Part shown: one piece after another, positions 62,522-64,000 of the stretch
How positions within the stretch are numbered: position 1 is the stretch's first letter
How the letters are laid out: the number at the start of each line of letters is the position of its first letter
Assembly (NCBI GenBank): GCA_964016885.1
Contig: OZ024743.1
Span: forward strand, 149,110,001 to 149,174,000
DNA from: Eledone cirrhosa
Lineage: Eukaryota
Direction: 5' to 3'
Length of the DNA: 64,000 bases
The notes under the pieces: model-generated
The model's database searches: none
What the model was told of the DNA's origin: nothing
The model's input: the letters and a program-made list of their open reading frames with translations, nothing else
Translations under genes and position numbers: made by a program

Positions 62522-62912
62522 GTACAAAGCTAAATCTACAGTCAGTAGGCACCTCTAACAAAAATACACCCCCGTCCCACTACCCGCACCCCATCCACAC
62601 CACTCCCTTAAATGTGAAGTTATGTTGGTACCACAACATCCAGTCCGAAACAAATGAGGTCGTGTAGGTGTCACGACAAAAAAACCCACAGTCCACGCTG
62701 TAATGCGGCCGTGTATGTAACATGGTAAAAACCTCCCAGTCCACACTGTAAATGTGGTTGGTGTTAGGAAGGGCATCCAGCCGTAGAAAACCCGCCAGAC
62801 AGTCCTATACGAGCAGGACAACCAATCTTGCCTCAAGTGGGAAAACTCCCGTCCAAACCCATGCAAGTGTGGAAGATGGACGTTAAACGATGATGATGAT
62901 GATGATGATGAT
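59908..62912 (+). mobile_element. 5'-truncated RTE-clade non-LTR retrotransposon (LINE), about 3.0 kb, with 3' UTR and (GAT)8 tail
   Basis: Starts abruptly in the APE endonuclease (IAGDLNGHVG, RNEEG.RILEFC, SQIDY, SQHRL). RT motifs YRGIKL, QFGF, FVDLEKAFDRVPR, VHQGSVLSPLLF, LLYADDL (61559-61579) and FRYLGD. RTE C-terminus LHGSETW...RL.WYGHV.RM...GRPRKTW. Tail ggacgttaaac(gat)8. Confidence 0.97.
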
Positions 62913-63239
62913 ATAAATATATGTGTGTGTGTATATATATACAGAATAATGTGCTCATACATAGAGATGCTATAAAACAGCTTATAAAAGTAAGGTGAAG
63001 ATCCTTAAAGGACTGAAAATAAGTTTTCATTGGCCGCTATGAGAAATTCAACCCCATATCTCCCAGATACATAGCCAACCCCTTCCCGTTCTTTTTCTTC
63101 TTTCTTTTTCTCTTTTTTCTCTATATTTCCCTATTCTTTTTTTCCTTTTGTTTTCTCTTTTTTTTATTATTGCCATTATTATAGTTGTCATTATTGTTAT
63201 TATTATTATTGTTACAGTAAATAATATCATGTTTAGATA

Positions 63240-63490
63240 AATCTGTAAAGTGGTTAGTAATAGGAAAAGCACCCAGTCATAGAAGACTTGACAAACTAAA
63301 GACTGAGAGGACTTTTCATTTGTGACAAATACATGATAATGTTGGTGTAACAATAGAATACACAGTACACTCTGTAGAATGTAGAAATGAATATATACAA
63401 GATATGGCACCTGGTCTATTTGAGAGGTCAATAGCTCTAAGAAATGAGATTTGTTAACATAGAGAATGCTTGTTAAATATTGATGATGAT
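63240..63490 (+). mobile_element. Decayed RTE 3'-UTR/tail remnant
   Basis: ctgtaaagtggttagtaataggaaaagcacccagtcatagaa matches ctgtaaatgtggttggtgttaggaagggcatccagccgtagaa (62746-62788); ends gttaaatattgatgatgat. Confidence 0.6.
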
Positions 63491-63658
63491 ATATATGCAT
63501 GGGTGTGTGCATTTGTGTGTATGTCTAGATACATGCGCACACACACATATTTATATATATATACTTATATGTATATATAAAAGTATATATATATAAACAC
63601 TCTTACACATGTGTGTAGCTATGTGTGTGTGTGCATCTCTCCCCTCTTTCTCTTTATA

Positions 63659-63665
<7 letters not shown>

Positions 63666-63709
<44 letters not shown>
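63666..63709. repeat. (TG)22 microsatellite within a compound AT/GT/CT simple-repeat region (63490-63710)
   Basis: Pure TG run. Confidence 0.97.
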
Positions 63710-63711
<2 letters not shown>

Positions 63712-64000
63712 TTTAGCAAATTAAATTTTGCAGTTAGTCACACAGCATGAATGAGTGAGGATATGCGAAAGTTTTGAAACTGATATAGAAAGATTAATGA
63801 AAAAAAAAAAAATGGTTTAGAAAATTCAGAAATATGTCTACTTGACAGTCTCAGACCCACTCACCAGGTTTCAAAGTACGACACCATTTACGAAGAAACT
63901 TCAGAAGATTCCTGCTAAAACTTCCTGCAACAATCTTACATGGAATTTTCTTTCTAGTATGTCAGATTGTGTTGTATTCATTAATGCATTTTATTTTATT

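Noticed and set aside
62560-62800. Self-cleaving ribozyme (hammerhead or twister) in the RTE UTR
   Set aside because: No CTGATGA...GAAA hammerhead core or twister-like core could be found by eye. Only simple hairpins are supported; an Infernal search would settle it.
62555-63512. Minus-strand ORFs of 135, 65 and 154 aa
   Set aside because: Composed of the antisense RTE UTR, (ATC)n, (AT)n and CT-rich simple sequence; no recognisable protein features.
63755-63835. Possible second mariner remnant (RICESF...KWFRKFRN)
   Set aside because: Only a short WFRKFR-like match interrupted by a poly-A run, too little to call.

Overview
Eukaryotic (animal) non-coding DNA. The SINE and RTE sequences resemble those I recall from octopus-like cephalopods; this assignment is from memory, not a search. 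Bases 1-~54,740 are one uninterrupted minisatellite of about 1,800 copies of a 30-bp unit (AGTAACATCACCTCAACTACCACCACCACC) that runs off the left edge of the window. The unit reads SNITSTTTTT or VTSPQLPPPP on + and VVVVVEVMLL on -. Three of six frames are open simply because of the unit, so the long ORFs in the track are repeat artefacts. The mucin-like Thr frame is broken by about 21 stops and about 14 frameshifts. The array is built from nested 0.45-7 kb duplications and grades into an (AAC/ACC) low-complexity tract. The last ~9 kb is a transposon graveyard: four tRNA-derived SINEs, a 3-kb 5'-truncated RTE LINE with a PHD finger inside its RT region, several older RTE fragments, a decayed mariner and microsatellites. 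No intact host gene is supported; one speculative 39-nt exon is noted. I see no convincing evidence of a new multi-gene system. The giant array and the PHD-in-RT LINE are the most notable items.
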